Shown piece by piece: positions 39,799 to 48,782 of a DNA stretch of 64,000 nt. A model generated the notes under the pieces. The model searched no databases and had not been told where the DNA came from. It saw only the letters and a program-made list of their open reading frames with translations. How positions within the stretch are numbered: the first letter of the stretch is position 1; each line of letters starts with the position of its first letter. Made by a program: the position numbers and the translations under genes. This DNA comes from Thermodesulfobacteriota bacterium (GTDB taxonomy: Bacteria > Desulfobacterota > Binatia > Bin18): assembly GCA_964291405.2 (NCBI GenBank), contig OZ219926.1, forward strand, positions 3,648,001 through 3,712,000, given 5' to 3'.

Positions 39799-41334
39799 AT
39801 GCCATTACAACCACCAACACTGGAAGAGGTCGTCGATATTGCCGAGGGCTATGGTCTGAGCTTGACGGATGCGGATGCGGAGTCGTTTCAAGGCTTGATG
39901 GGCGGGATAATGAAATCCTACGCGCGTCTGGACGCCCTGACCGAGCCTACCCTGCCAGTCAAATATCCCCGCACCCCCGGTTTCCGGCCGCAACCGGAGG
40001 ACAACCCGTACAATGCCTGGTACTGGAAGACCGAGATTGCCGGTGCGCCGTCCGGGCCGTTGGCGGGGAAGACCCTGGCCATCAAGGACAATGTCTGTGT
40101 GGCCGGTGTGCCCATGATGAACGGCAGTAGCGTGCTGGAGGGCTACACCCCGGAAATCGATGCCACCATCATCACCCGGATTCTGGATGCCGGTGGCACG
40201 ATTCTCGGAAAAGCGGTGTGTGAGCATTTCTGTTGGTCAGGGGGAAGCCACACCAGTGATACAGGGCCAGTGCAAAATCCACACGACCCGAGTCGGATGG
40301 CCGGTGGCTCCTCAAGCGGTAGTGCAGCGCTTGTTGCGGCGAGCGAAGTCGATATGGCGATTGGCGGCGATCAGGGCGGCTCGATTCGGATGCCGAGTTG
40401 CTGGTCTGGGATTTATGGCCTGAAGCCCACCTATGGATTGGTTCCCTACACCGGAATTGCTCCCATCGAACTCACCATAGACCATGCCGGACCCATGGCA
40501 CTGACAGTGGCTGATGTGGCCCTGTTGCTGGAGGTGATCGCCGGGCCGGACGGTCTCGACCCGCGTCAGCAGGCCGCTCTGCAAGGCAAAGCGTATACGC
40601 AAGCCCTGTCCGGAAAAATCGATGGGCTGCGCCTCGGGATTGTCCCGGAGGGTTTTGGCTGGGAGGACGTGTCTGAGGCGGAGGTGGATGAGAGTGTAGA
40701 ACAATCCGCCCATGCGTTTGAGAAACTCGGCGCGCGTGTCGAAACCGTTTCCATACCATGGCACCGTCACGGCCGAGACATCCTCTTTGCCATATTTCAA
40801 GAGGGCGCAACCGTGCTGATGGTGCATGGCAACGGCCTGGGCACGAACTGGAAAGGCCACTACACGACAAGTTTGCTTGATGCCATGGCCCGCGGTCTCC
40901 TGACTAAACCAGACGATTTATCAGAGAACGTCAAGCTGACCATGTTGGCCGGCCAGTATATGCAGGAGCGCTACCACGGACGCTATTATGCCAAAGCCCA
41001 AAATTTGGCCCGTTCTTTATCTGCGGCCTACGATGCCGCTTTAGAGAAGTGCGATCTCTTAGTCATGCCTACGCTACCGTTCATGGCACCCAAGATTCCA
41101 CCCGCGGATGTGAGTCGGGAAGAGTATGTGCAGCTGGCGTTCGATCACTTGGTTAACACCTCCCCGTTTGACGCCAGCGGTCACCCGGCCATGAATGTGC
41201 CCTGCGGCATGTCGAATGGTCTGCCGATCGGAATGATGCTGATCGGACGCAGGGGCGACGATGCGACGGTGTTACGTGCGGCAGATGCGTTCCAGCGCGA
41301 GATATTCGATGCCCCGCGACCGCCCGCTGTGTAA
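39799..41334 (+). CDS. Amidase signature family enzyme
   Basis: AIKDN, GGSSSGS, GGDQGGSIRMP, GLKPTYG. Confidence 0.92.
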   Translation: MPLQPPTLEEVVDIAEGYGLSLTDADAESFQGLMGGIMKSYARLDALTEPTLPVKYPRTPGFRPQPEDNPYNAWYWKTEIAGAPSGPLAGKTLAIKDNVCVAGVPMMNGSSVLEGYTPEIDATIITRILDAGGTILGKAVCEHFCWSGGSHTSDTGPVQNPHDPSRMAGGSSSGSAALVAASEVDMAIGGDQGGSIRMPSCWSGIYGLKPTYGLVPYTGIAPIELTIDHAGPMALTVADVALLLEVIAGPDGLDPRQQAALQGKAYTQALSGKIDGLRLGIVPEGFGWEDVSEAEVDESVEQSAHAFEKLGARVETVSIPWHRHGRDILFAIFQEGATVLMVHGNGLGTNWKGHYTTSLLDAMARGLLTKPDDLSENVKLTMLAGQYMQERYHGRYYAKAQNLARSLSAAYDAALEKCDLLVMPTLPFMAPKIPPADVSREEYVQLAFDHLVNTSPFDASGHPAMNVPCGMSNGLPIGMMLIGRRGDDATVLRAADAFQREIFDAPRPPAV

Positions 41335-41356
41335 GGAGGGGTAGGGTAGAAACGAA

Positions 41357-41392
41357 TGGGCGGGCGGCGAGTGTTTCCGTCGCCGCCCTGGA
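41357..41392. terminator. GC-rich hairpin between convergent genes
   Basis: gggcggcg(g)cg..cgccgccc stem. Confidence 0.45.
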
Positions 41393-41445
41393 GCAAGATT
41401 TCCTTTCCTTTAAACCCGCGATCGCTCGGGATTCAGGTTATCACC

Positions 41446-42069
41446 CTACCAACGGGAGGGTTTCCGAATGTTTGTGCCGGGAATTAGGTTTGGCAACTGC
41501 GAGCGCTGTAGAGCATTCGGCCGTATATGTCTTGAGAAGTCCGCATGCACCATGAGCTGGCGCGACGGCCTTCCGGTTCCCGGGGTCACTAAGCCGACGC
41601 GCTTGCCGCAGTGCAATTTCACCAGACGCATCGCTTCGGCGATGTCGCTATCGTTCGTCACCACCACCGCGCAGTCATAGGCATCCAGCCAGCCATCATT
41701 GAGCAGATGCACAGCGAGATTGACATCCGAGCCCTTCTCCTCGGTTCGGATCACCTCCGCCGTGCGCCGGTTTCCCTCTGGCTGCGCGAGCGGCACACGG
41801 ACGGGATGGCTCAGGAAGTGTCCGAAATACACCTCAAACTGGGGCCGGTAGCGCCGCAGCGCGCGGAGATATACGTCCTGTCGCTGGGGCTTCGACGGGT
41901 TTCGGGCCGTACCCGAAACCCGTGCCGTGAAGTACTTGACCGCGAGTATCTGGTGGTGCGGCTGGAGTACCTTCTCGAACAGCGTGACCAGATCCAGCCA
42001 CTTCCATGGCGAGCCCTTGAGGGCTCCGTAGTAGAGATTGAATCCGTCTACATAGACGAATGTACGCAT
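41446..42069 (-). CDS. NYN domain (LabA/DUF88, PIN-like) nuclease
   Basis: VYVDGFNLYYG, YFTA, EEKGSDVNLA, VTNDSD. Confidence 0.9.
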   Translation of the reverse strand: MRTFVYVDGFNLYYGALKGSPWKWLDLVTLFEKVLQPHHQILAVKYFTARVSGTARNPSKPQRQDVYLRALRRYRPQFEVYFGHFLSHPVRVPLAQPEGNRRTAEVIRTEEKGSDVNLAVHLLNDGWLDAYDCAVVVTNDSDIAEAMRLVKLHCGKRVGLVTPGTGRPSRQLMVHADFSRHIRPNALQRSQLPNLIPGTNIRKPSRW

Positions 42070-42089
42070 TGATGCCCGTCGAATAATAA

Positions 42090-42147
42090 AGCAAGGGCCT
42101 CCGAAGAGGCCCCGCGCCCCGCGGTCGAAACCGCAAGGGGTATTGCT
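42090..42147 (-). ncRNA. Putative structured RNA upstream of the NYN gene
   Basis: Closing stem AGCAA/UUGCU enclosing two hairpins, each with a UUCG tetraloop on the minus strand. Confidence 0.55.
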
Positions 42148-42207
42148 AGCAGTCTAGTCACATCGACGACTAGGATCAAGTCGGCCTTATTCGACATGAA
42201 GGATGAT

Positions 42208-42344
42208 ATTCCCCTCTCCCTGGCCAGGAAGAGGGTGAGGGTCGCTCAGATGAATTCCCCCTCATTAATCCTCTCCCCTAAGGGGCGAGGAGAGAAGCCT
42301 TACCCGACATGTCCGTTTGTCGGATTACGCTCCGCTAATCCGAC
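42208..42344. repeat. REP-like palindromes
   Basis: ccctctccc..gaggg motifs and gtcggattacgctccgctaatccgac palindrome (42319-42344). Confidence 0.6.
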
Positions 42345-42349
42345 AAACT

Positions 42350-42451
42350 TACTAAAGATCAAGATAACTCGGTGGGAATGGCACCGGGTAGCGCTGATTT
42401 CATCTAAAAACCTGATCGCCATTCCCGCTCGGGTTCATCGCTTGGTTATCT
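42350..42451 (-). other. Degenerate integron attC-like site
   Basis: Minus strand: AGATAAC (contains gene stop)..gatGaacccgAgcgggaatggc..gccattcccaccgagttatc..TTTAGTA; arms pair with two unpaired bases; R' lacks the G of GTT. Confidence 0.6.
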
Positions 42452-43474
42452 GTTTTCCTTGACCACCCCTTGCTCGTTCATAAGGGAATGCAGTTCGGCG
42501 TTTTTTTCGCGCAAACTTGCTACAATTGTGCTGTAAGCTGCGTAGCGCGCGATCTCTTTTTTCGAGAGTTCGAATGCTCTTTTCATCAGTGTGATCCCAT
42601 TCGCTTCATCGTTTTGTTTGAAAGCCAGAAGAGAACGATTGAATGCAACAATCGCCTGCTCATGTGAGTTTACGTCTGCCCAAAACTCAGCTGCATCAAG
42701 CAACTTCTGAGATTGGGTTGTATCTCCATATAGTCCAAGTGCTAGCCCGTAGTTTGCCAACATGTGCGGCTCTGCACCGGAGTCGTAGATACCCTTAGAG
42801 AGCAGCTCGACTGCTTGCTCCGTAAGACCATTATGCAGAAAGACAAATGCAGTGTTGTTGATGTCACGACCAGTCGGGATAATTCGCCGGAGAGATCGAC
42901 GAACCCCGTGTCGAATGAAGAATAGAAGAATAAATTGAGCAATCAGCGCAATTGGAATGAGTGCGGCAATTACCGCATTTCGCGTTGGGGAGATTCTGAC
43001 AACAGAATTCAATGGAGCACGTTTGCCGGTTGACACGTCGCTCTTTATGCCGACAATCGGGTCTTTCCCGTCGGCAGTGTCGGTGAGGAGGGCAACTGTT
43101 GCAGTTTCATCGGGTGTAAAGACTGCAATCCGGACATCTAGTTTGTTGTCACCGATAGGCTGAATATCAATCTTGCCGGCAGGTCCTGACGACAGTGTTG
43201 CTCGTTTGTCATTGATTTTAACCTTGTTATCAAACTCGACGCCAATAATGACATTTGTCGCCGGTTTCTCACCAGTGTTTTTGACGCGAACATTAACGAA
43301 GGACATCGTGGTTTGGTCAGAGTCAAAGGTAACAGGCTTATCGATGTCGTAGATAAGTTTTTCGGCAAGAGGGGGTGGAGGCGACTCACGAGTCAGATAG
43401 TAGACTATTACACTTGCCACTACCGTGACGATGAGTGTCGCAATCGAGCCAAGGAATACGTCCCGCCATTTCAC
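42446..43474 (-). CDS. AT-richer membrane protein: TM, beta-rich extracytoplasmic domain, TM, TPR-like domain
   Basis: Two hydrophobic helices; INNTAF..LANYGLAL..AFNRS TPR-like repeats; codon usage unlike neighbours. Confidence 0.7.
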   Translation of the reverse strand: MKWRDVFLGSIATLIVTVVASVIVYYLTRESPPPPLAEKLIYDIDKPVTFDSDQTTMSFVNVRVKNTGEKPATNVIIGVEFDNKVKINDKRATLSSGPAGKIDIQPIGDNKLDVRIAVFTPDETATVALLTDTADGKDPIVGIKSDVSTGKRAPLNSVVRISPTRNAVIAALIPIALIAQFILLFFIRHGVRRSLRRIIPTGRDINNTAFVFLHNGLTEQAVELLSKGIYDSGAEPHMLANYGLALGLYGDTTQSQKLLDAAEFWADVNSHEQAIVAFNRSLLAFKQNDEANGITLMKRAFELSKKEIARYAAYSTIVASLREKNAELHSLMNEQGVVKENR

Positions 43475-43624
43475 CGTAGTCCCCCTATGTCACTCTGATC
43501 CGTTTACCCTTTGTAATCCTATTTATTATAGAAACCTAGCTGCCGATAGACTATGATACGGTGGGAAATACGAGACGTTGCATGTTTATTCAAGTTGTGA
43601 CGAAGCGGCAAGGACTTACTACCC

Positions 43625-44815
43625 CTACATTGAGGACATTTCCTCAGAGCGCAGCGAAGAAATCATCAACCAGCACAAAGCGGTGAAAGCGGCACTGATG
43701 AAGACCAGGGGGACGAAGCCGGTCTGATCGTACAGCCAGCCGCCCAGCACTTGAGACCCGCTTCGACCCAGGTTCAGGGCGGACATCAGGAGCGCGAAGA
43801 CCGTTCCTTCGACGCGGGCCGGGCAGGAGCGGGCCGCAAGATCGAGCACGGCCAGATGCGTAATCTGTGAAATCAGGCCGTAGCTGAGAAAAATGATGAC
43901 CGCGGACCGAGGCCCGGTTAAGCCCAGGAAACCGAGTGTTGACAACACGCCGAGCGTCACCGCGATAAAGAGAAGTCGGCGGAGGGAAATATTCCGAAAA
44001 AAGAAAAAAAAGATGACCGCCCCAAGCATGCCGGCCGCGTTGGTCAGCGCGCCGAGGGTGCCGATGTAGATTTTTGAAAATTGGAGAATATCTCGCTCGT
44101 AGTATAAGAGCGGCGTGCCGAACAGTGGGCTGAAATTCCACACAAACAGAAAGCCGGCCACAATCCAGACCGCACGCGACCGGGCGGCTGTTCTGAGCGC
44201 GTGCGCCGTCTCTCGCAACTGCGCCTGTCCCAATGGCCGCGGCGCTTCCCGCACAAAGCAGAGGGTTGCCAGCAAGGTGGCGAGCGGAAAGAATCCACAC
44301 ACGAAAAAAGCGGTGTGCGGAGTCGCGTATTCCGAGAGATAACCGCCACCGAGATGGGCGAGGGTTAAGGCCAGACCCATTGCCGCCCATTGAATCGACT
44401 GAAAACTCCCGGTGAGACCGAGGGGCCGTCCGGTCTCGACCATGAGCGCATCGGCCATGACGTCGGCAAAGGCCAGGGTAAACGAACACGCCATGAGCAG
44501 CACGAGGACGGTGGCGTACGCCGCCGGCGCAACGGACAGGGCCAGCCAGCTTCCCAGACCCAAGGCGCTCATCAACACGAGATAGCCCTTGCGCCGCGAG
44601 CCGCCCAAGGGCAGGAAGTCGGACACCAGGCCGTAGACGGGCTTGATGGTCCAGCCCAAGCCCACCATGGCCCAGACAAAGCCGGCCTGAGCGGCACTCA
44701 GGCTGAGGTCTTCTTTGAGGAGATATTGAATGGGTTGATAGGGCAGCCCGGTTGAGAGATCGATTGTACCCTGAACAAAATAGAGCGCCGCGAAGAACAG
44801 CGCAGACCGCCGCAC
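43625..44815 (-). CDS. MFS transporter, BT1 folate-biopterin-like
   Basis: WTIKPVYGLVSDFLP..RRKGY, DVMADALMVE, CPARVEGTVFALLMS. Confidence 0.85.
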   Translation of the reverse strand: MRRSALFFAALYFVQGTIDLSTGLPYQPIQYLLKEDLSLSAAQAGFVWAMVGLGWTIKPVYGLVSDFLPLGGSRRKGYLVLMSALGLGSWLALSVAPAAYATVLVLLMACSFTLAFADVMADALMVETGRPLGLTGSFQSIQWAAMGLALTLAHLGGGYLSEYATPHTAFFVCGFFPLATLLATLCFVREAPRPLGQAQLRETAHALRTAARSRAVWIVAGFLFVWNFSPLFGTPLLYYERDILQFSKIYIGTLGALTNAAGMLGAVIFFFFFRNISLRRLLFIAVTLGVLSTLGFLGLTGPRSAVIIFLSYGLISQITHLAVLDLAARSCPARVEGTVFALLMSALNLGRSGSQVLGGWLYDQTGFVPLVFISAAFTALCWLMISSLRSEEMSSM

Positions 44816-44909
44816 CCCCTCACGACGGAAAGGGTGGACTGCGTTCCGGAATGACTGGGAGAGAGAGGCGATGTGCTGGTGTCTCCTTTAGGGATCAGGT
44901 TCCCCTCTC

Positions 44910-45030
44910 CCTGGGAGAGCGGCCATCTTGGCCGCTTGCGGGCTGGAAGCCCGCACTCCTGGACCCCTGTCGCAGACCGGCACGGCGCAGGGGAGCGAGG
45001 GGCCGCCGAGTCCTGTCATGTGCATCACCC
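44910..45030 (-). mobile_element. Truncated MITE copy 3 (inverted)
   Basis: Reverse complement of the left ~120 bp of 21383-21582; flanked by REP palindromes. Confidence 0.7.
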
Positions 45031-45059
45031 CTCCCGAGAGGGGACAGGATGAAAAGTCC

Positions 45060-45638
45060 TCACGCCGACGTACTCGGCCGCGCCTTCATGGCATCGTACC
45101 AGCGGACGAGATTATTCCAGGCCGGGTCGAGCTGAAACGTCCCGCGATGATGCGCGGTCTCCAAGCCGATAAACAGCATGATGTCGGCAATTGAGAAATC
45201 CCCGGCCAGCCAGTCTTTGCCCTCCAGGCCGTCGTTGACCAGCGGCAGGCGATGCATCAGGACTCGGCGGGCCTGGTCGGACACGTCGCCCTTGGACAGC
45301 ACCATGCGCGAGGCCGTCAGATACACCCCGATTTCACAGCGCCGTTCCCAGGAACGCACAAGCGCCCGGCTGACGGGGTCGGTGCCGATCAGGGGCGGGT
45401 CGGGATAGAGTTCCTCCAGATATTCCATGATCGGCAGCGTTTCGATCAGGACCGTGCCGTCATCAAGCTCTAAGATGGGAACACCGGCAAACGGATTCTT
45501 GGCCAGAAATTCCGGTGTCTTCTGCTCGCCGGCGTAGAGGTCGATTTCCTTGACCGGAATATCCAGGTTTTTTTCGGCCAGATAGATGCGTACCTTGCGC
45601 GGGTTGGGCGCGCGTTTGGTGTCGAGATAGAGCAGCAT
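45060..45638 (-). CDS. Glutathione S-transferase family protein
   Basis: APNPRKVRIYLAEK, NPFAGVPILELDDG, GDFSIADI. Confidence 0.9.
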   Translation of the reverse strand: MLLYLDTKRAPNPRKVRIYLAEKNLDIPVKEIDLYAGEQKTPEFLAKNPFAGVPILELDDGTVLIETLPIMEYLEELYPDPPLIGTDPVSRALVRSWERRCEIGVYLTASRMVLSKGDVSDQARRVLMHRLPLVNDGLEGKDWLAGDFSIADIMLFIGLETAHHRGTFQLDPAWNNLVRWYDAMKARPSTSA

Positions 45639-45648
45639 GGAGTCCTCC

Positions 45649-46134
45649 TTAAAACTGGGTCGATTCTTCTTTCCGAGTGTGAGTGATCCGCACCGTGGGC
45701 GTCCAGGTCCGCTGGCGTCGGGCAAGACGGCTCTCCGGTGTCTCCCCGCCAAAATTGGTTACGCGGGTGGTGAAATTGGCCGGGTCGATATGCTCAAACG
45801 TATGGACATTGACCACGGCACTTTTTCGCTGGGGAAGTTTCCCCCGAGCCCCCTCACCGCGCCCGGCGATCCGGCTCACCGCAAAGGTGAGCACCTCACA
45901 ACAGGCACAGACGTAGAAGTCGGCTGTCTCATGGCCAAAGCGATAGGTGGGAACGTGCGTGGTATCTGTGATCGTTGCGTTGAGTTCCGCTTGGGGATGC
46001 GAGGTGTAGGTGCCCCGATGCTTCAGGCAGAAGCTGCAACTGCACGCCCGAACCGAAATCTCCGCGGCATCGAGCGGCCACAGGAATTCGTACCGGATCG
46101 TCCCGCAGTGGCATCCGCCCTCGATTCTTTGCAT
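45649..46134 (-). CDS. GFA/CENP-V family zinc protein
   Basis: GGCHCGTIRY, RACSCSFC, YRFG..ADFYVC. Confidence 0.8.
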   Translation of the reverse strand: MQRIEGGCHCGTIRYEFLWPLDAAEISVRACSCSFCLKHRGTYTSHPQAELNATITDTTHVPTYRFGHETADFYVCACCEVLTFAVSRIAGRGEGARGKLPQRKSAVVNVHTFEHIDPANFTTRVTNFGGETPESRLARRQRTWTPTVRITHTRKEESTQF

Positions 46135-46213
46135 GCTGACTCCTTGTCCGTCCCCGGAACGCTTGCTATGCTCGCCGCCTTGAGCAATACCGCAATAATA
46201 GAGGAGAAGATGT

Positions 46214-46666
46214 ATGGCAGCCACACCCTCCGACCGCCGTTTTGATGATCGCAATATCCGGTGGCAAGCGTTGGGAGATTTTGAACACCTTGAGGTCACC
46301 CTGCTCGATGTCGATGAAGAAAATAATATCGTGGACCTGATGGTCAAATTCGCGCCAAACGAGAAGATCTTTCTGCACCGTCATCTGGCGTTGACCAACA
46401 CCCTGGTCGTGGATGGCGAGCATATTATCTACGAAGCCGATGGAAGCGCGGTGAAAGATGTCCGCCCGGTTGGAAAATATACCTCCAGTCCCGCTGGAGA
46501 CGCACATCTCGAAGGGGGCGGCGCCGACGGGGCGATCGTGCACTACAGCGTGCGCGGCGACAGCGACGCCCTGTTCGATGTCCTGAACGACGATATGAGC
46601 GTGGCTGCGACGCTGCGCACCGCCGACTTTAAGGCCGTGCTTGAGGACCAAAAGCAGGCTGCCTGA
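46214..46666 (+). CDS. ChrR-like cupin protein
   Basis: FDDRNIRW, LHRH, GEH, HLEGG. Confidence 0.65.
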   Translation: MAATPSDRRFDDRNIRWQALGDFEHLEVTLLDVDEENNIVDLMVKFAPNEKIFLHRHLALTNTLVVDGEHIIYEADGSAVKDVRPVGKYTSSPAGDAHLEGGGADGAIVHYSVRGDSDALFDVLNDDMSVAATLRTADFKAVLEDQKQAA

Positions 46667-46726
46667 TGTCGCCATGACACCGCCTGTCAGTACATGTGCG
46701 GATGATCCGGTGGAAAAAGAAGGGGA

Positions 46727-47935
46727 GTGGTGGACTTCCTGATTCCATGCCCGTCGCAACGGGACCGTAACGCCCTGGCCGGCATGTCTGAGCATAGATT
46801 TCATCTGCTCGACGCGCCGCTCAATCCACGTACCCCCTCCCCGGAGCTGGACCTGCTGGCGTACACCGACCAGTGCCGCGACTATATCAAGGCCCACTCC
46901 ATTGATGCCGTTTTCTATTCCCGGGATGTGGCTGATATCGTGGCTGCGGTCTTGTGTGAGGAGTTCGGGTTTCCGGGACCCAGCGTGGAGTCCGTCTTTC
47001 TCTGCCTCCACAAGTACTACGGTCGTCAGTATGAACCCCATCCGGTCCGCTGTGAGCCCATCGATCTGGCGGACGAGCAGCCGGCGATTACGCGCTACCC
47101 GTGTTATCTCAAACCGCCCTGGCTGAACCTCGGGATTCTGGGTTTTAAGCTCGACTCGGACGACGACCTCCAGCGGGCGCTGGCGATTGCCCGACGCGAA
47201 TATCCGGCCTGGTCGCCGCTCTATCTGCCGTTTTTCGAGCGCTATATCGACTGCGAGAAGTTCCCGCTGGCCAACCGGGAAATCATGCTGGTCGAAGACT
47301 TTGTTGACGGACCGCAGGTGACGGTCGAGGGCTGGGTCGCCAATGCGCAGCCGGCGCTCTGGGCGATTACGGATACCAATACCTATCCGGGCACCCGGAT
47401 TATTGATAATTTTTCGCTACCGTCCCGGCACCCGGCCCACATCCAGGAACTACTGGCTCAGCAGGCTCTGGAAGCGATCAGCAATATCGGACTGGACAAC
47501 GGCTTCTTCAACATCGAGTTCTGGTGCCATGACAATGCGGTCACCCTGACGGAGGTCAACGGACGGGCGGCCACCTGTTTCTATAATCTGTATCGTCGCT
47601 GTCTCGGAGCGTGTATATACGAAGCCGGACTGAGGCTGGCCGGCGGGCAGTCACCTCTGCCCCCGCCGCGGCCAACCGATGTCGTGGGCGGACAGTTCAA
47701 TTTGATCACTTTTGGTGAGGACCTGGCCGAGAATCTGTTTGATTTCAGGCGCGCCCAGGAAGTGGGTGAGCTGACGATCTATGTCGAGCCGGGACAGGAA
47801 ATCCGTCCGGTGAGCGAGTTTGGGGTGGTGCTGGCCCAAATCGATCTGTTCGGCCCCAGCTATGCGGCGATTCACGCGGAAGCCGAGGCGTTACGCCGCC
47901 GGCTGTTGAAACAGCCGGCCCACTCGCCGTGGTAA
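46727..47935 (+). CDS. ATP-grasp ligase
   Basis: HKYYGR, YPCYLKP, LVEDFVDGPQVTVEG, FNIEFW, TEVNGR. Confidence 0.8.
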   Translation: MVDFLIPCPSQRDRNALAGMSEHRFHLLDAPLNPRTPSPELDLLAYTDQCRDYIKAHSIDAVFYSRDVADIVAAVLCEEFGFPGPSVESVFLCLHKYYGRQYEPHPVRCEPIDLADEQPAITRYPCYLKPPWLNLGILGFKLDSDDDLQRALAIARREYPAWSPLYLPFFERYIDCEKFPLANREIMLVEDFVDGPQVTVEGWVANAQPALWAITDTNTYPGTRIIDNFSLPSRHPAHIQELLAQQALEAISNIGLDNGFFNIEFWCHDNAVTLTEVNGRAATCFYNLYRRCLGACIYEAGLRLAGGQSPLPPPRPTDVVGGQFNLITFGEDLAENLFDFRRAQEVGELTIYVEPGQEIRPVSEFGVVLAQIDLFGPSYAAIHAEAEALRRRLLKQPAHSPW

Positions 47936-47966
47936 GCGCGTCAACCCAAGGGTCTGGACCAAGGGT

Positions 47967-48782
47967 ATGTGTCGTTTTGTTGTGTATCGCGGAAAGCCGG
48001 TCCCGCTCGCCGAGGTTATCAGTGCGCCTGCGCACTCCCTGATAGAGCAGAGTTACCAGCCTAAAGAGATGACCGCCGGAACGGTCAATGTGGATGGGTT
48101 TGGGGTCGGCTGGTATAACCGCGCGCTTGACCCCACGCCGTGTATCTACACCAATATCGTCCCGATCTGGAATGATCGCAATCTGCCCGGCTTGAGCCGT
48201 CATATTGTTTCGGATTGCATTGTCGCCAACGTCCGTAGCGCCACACCGGGTTTCGGACTCGATCAGAGCAACTGCCAGCCGTTTGCCTACGATCGTCTGT
48301 CGTTCATGCATAATGGCTTTATTGAAAAGTCCCGTGATGGCCTGCTGCGCAAAATACGCGAGGCCCTCCACGATGAGTACTATCGCCTTATTCGAGGCTC
48401 GACCGATTCTGAGCACATCTTTGCTCTTCTTCTGAACTTTTTGCACGGTCAGGAACTGACGCCACAGGCATATGTGACCGCTATTCGGCACACGGTTGCC
48501 CAGTTGCTGGACTGGACACGCGGTCAGGCGATTCATATGGCGCTGAATCTGGTGCTGTCCGACGGGGTGCATGTGGTCGCCCTCCGCTTTGCGAATACCT
48601 CGCCGGCGCCGTCGCTGTATTATTTGTGCAACGGTACGGATTTCCCCGACGCGGTGGTCATTGCGTCGGAAAGACTCTCTGCCGATCCGGCCTGGCAGGC
48701 TGTCCCGGAGAGTCATATTGTGACCTGCCGGAACGCCACGGATGTTGATCTTGTCGTCCTTGGCGGCCAGGAGACGGTATGA
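47967..48782 (+). CDS. egtC: Ntn amidohydrolase, ergothioneine biosynthesis protein EgtC
   Basis: N-terminal MCR, HSLIEQSYQP.EM..NVDGFGVGWY, ANVRSATPG, FMHNG, TDSE. Confidence 0.88.
   Translation: MCRFVVYRGKPVPLAEVISAPAHSLIEQSYQPKEMTAGTVNVDGFGVGWYNRALDPTPCIYTNIVPIWNDRNLPGLSRHIVSDCIVANVRSATPGFGLDQSNCQPFAYDRLSFMHNGFIEKSRDGLLRKIREALHDEYYRLIRGSTDSEHIFALLLNFLHGQELTPQAYVTAIRHTVAQLLDWTRGQAIHMALNLVLSDGVHVVALRFANTSPAPSLYYLCNGTDFPDAVVIASERLSADPAWQAVPESHIVTCRNATDVDLVVLGGQETV

Noticed and set aside
39799-41334. Amidase as marker of a nitrile hydratase cluster
   Set aside because: No nitrile hydratase subunits adjacent
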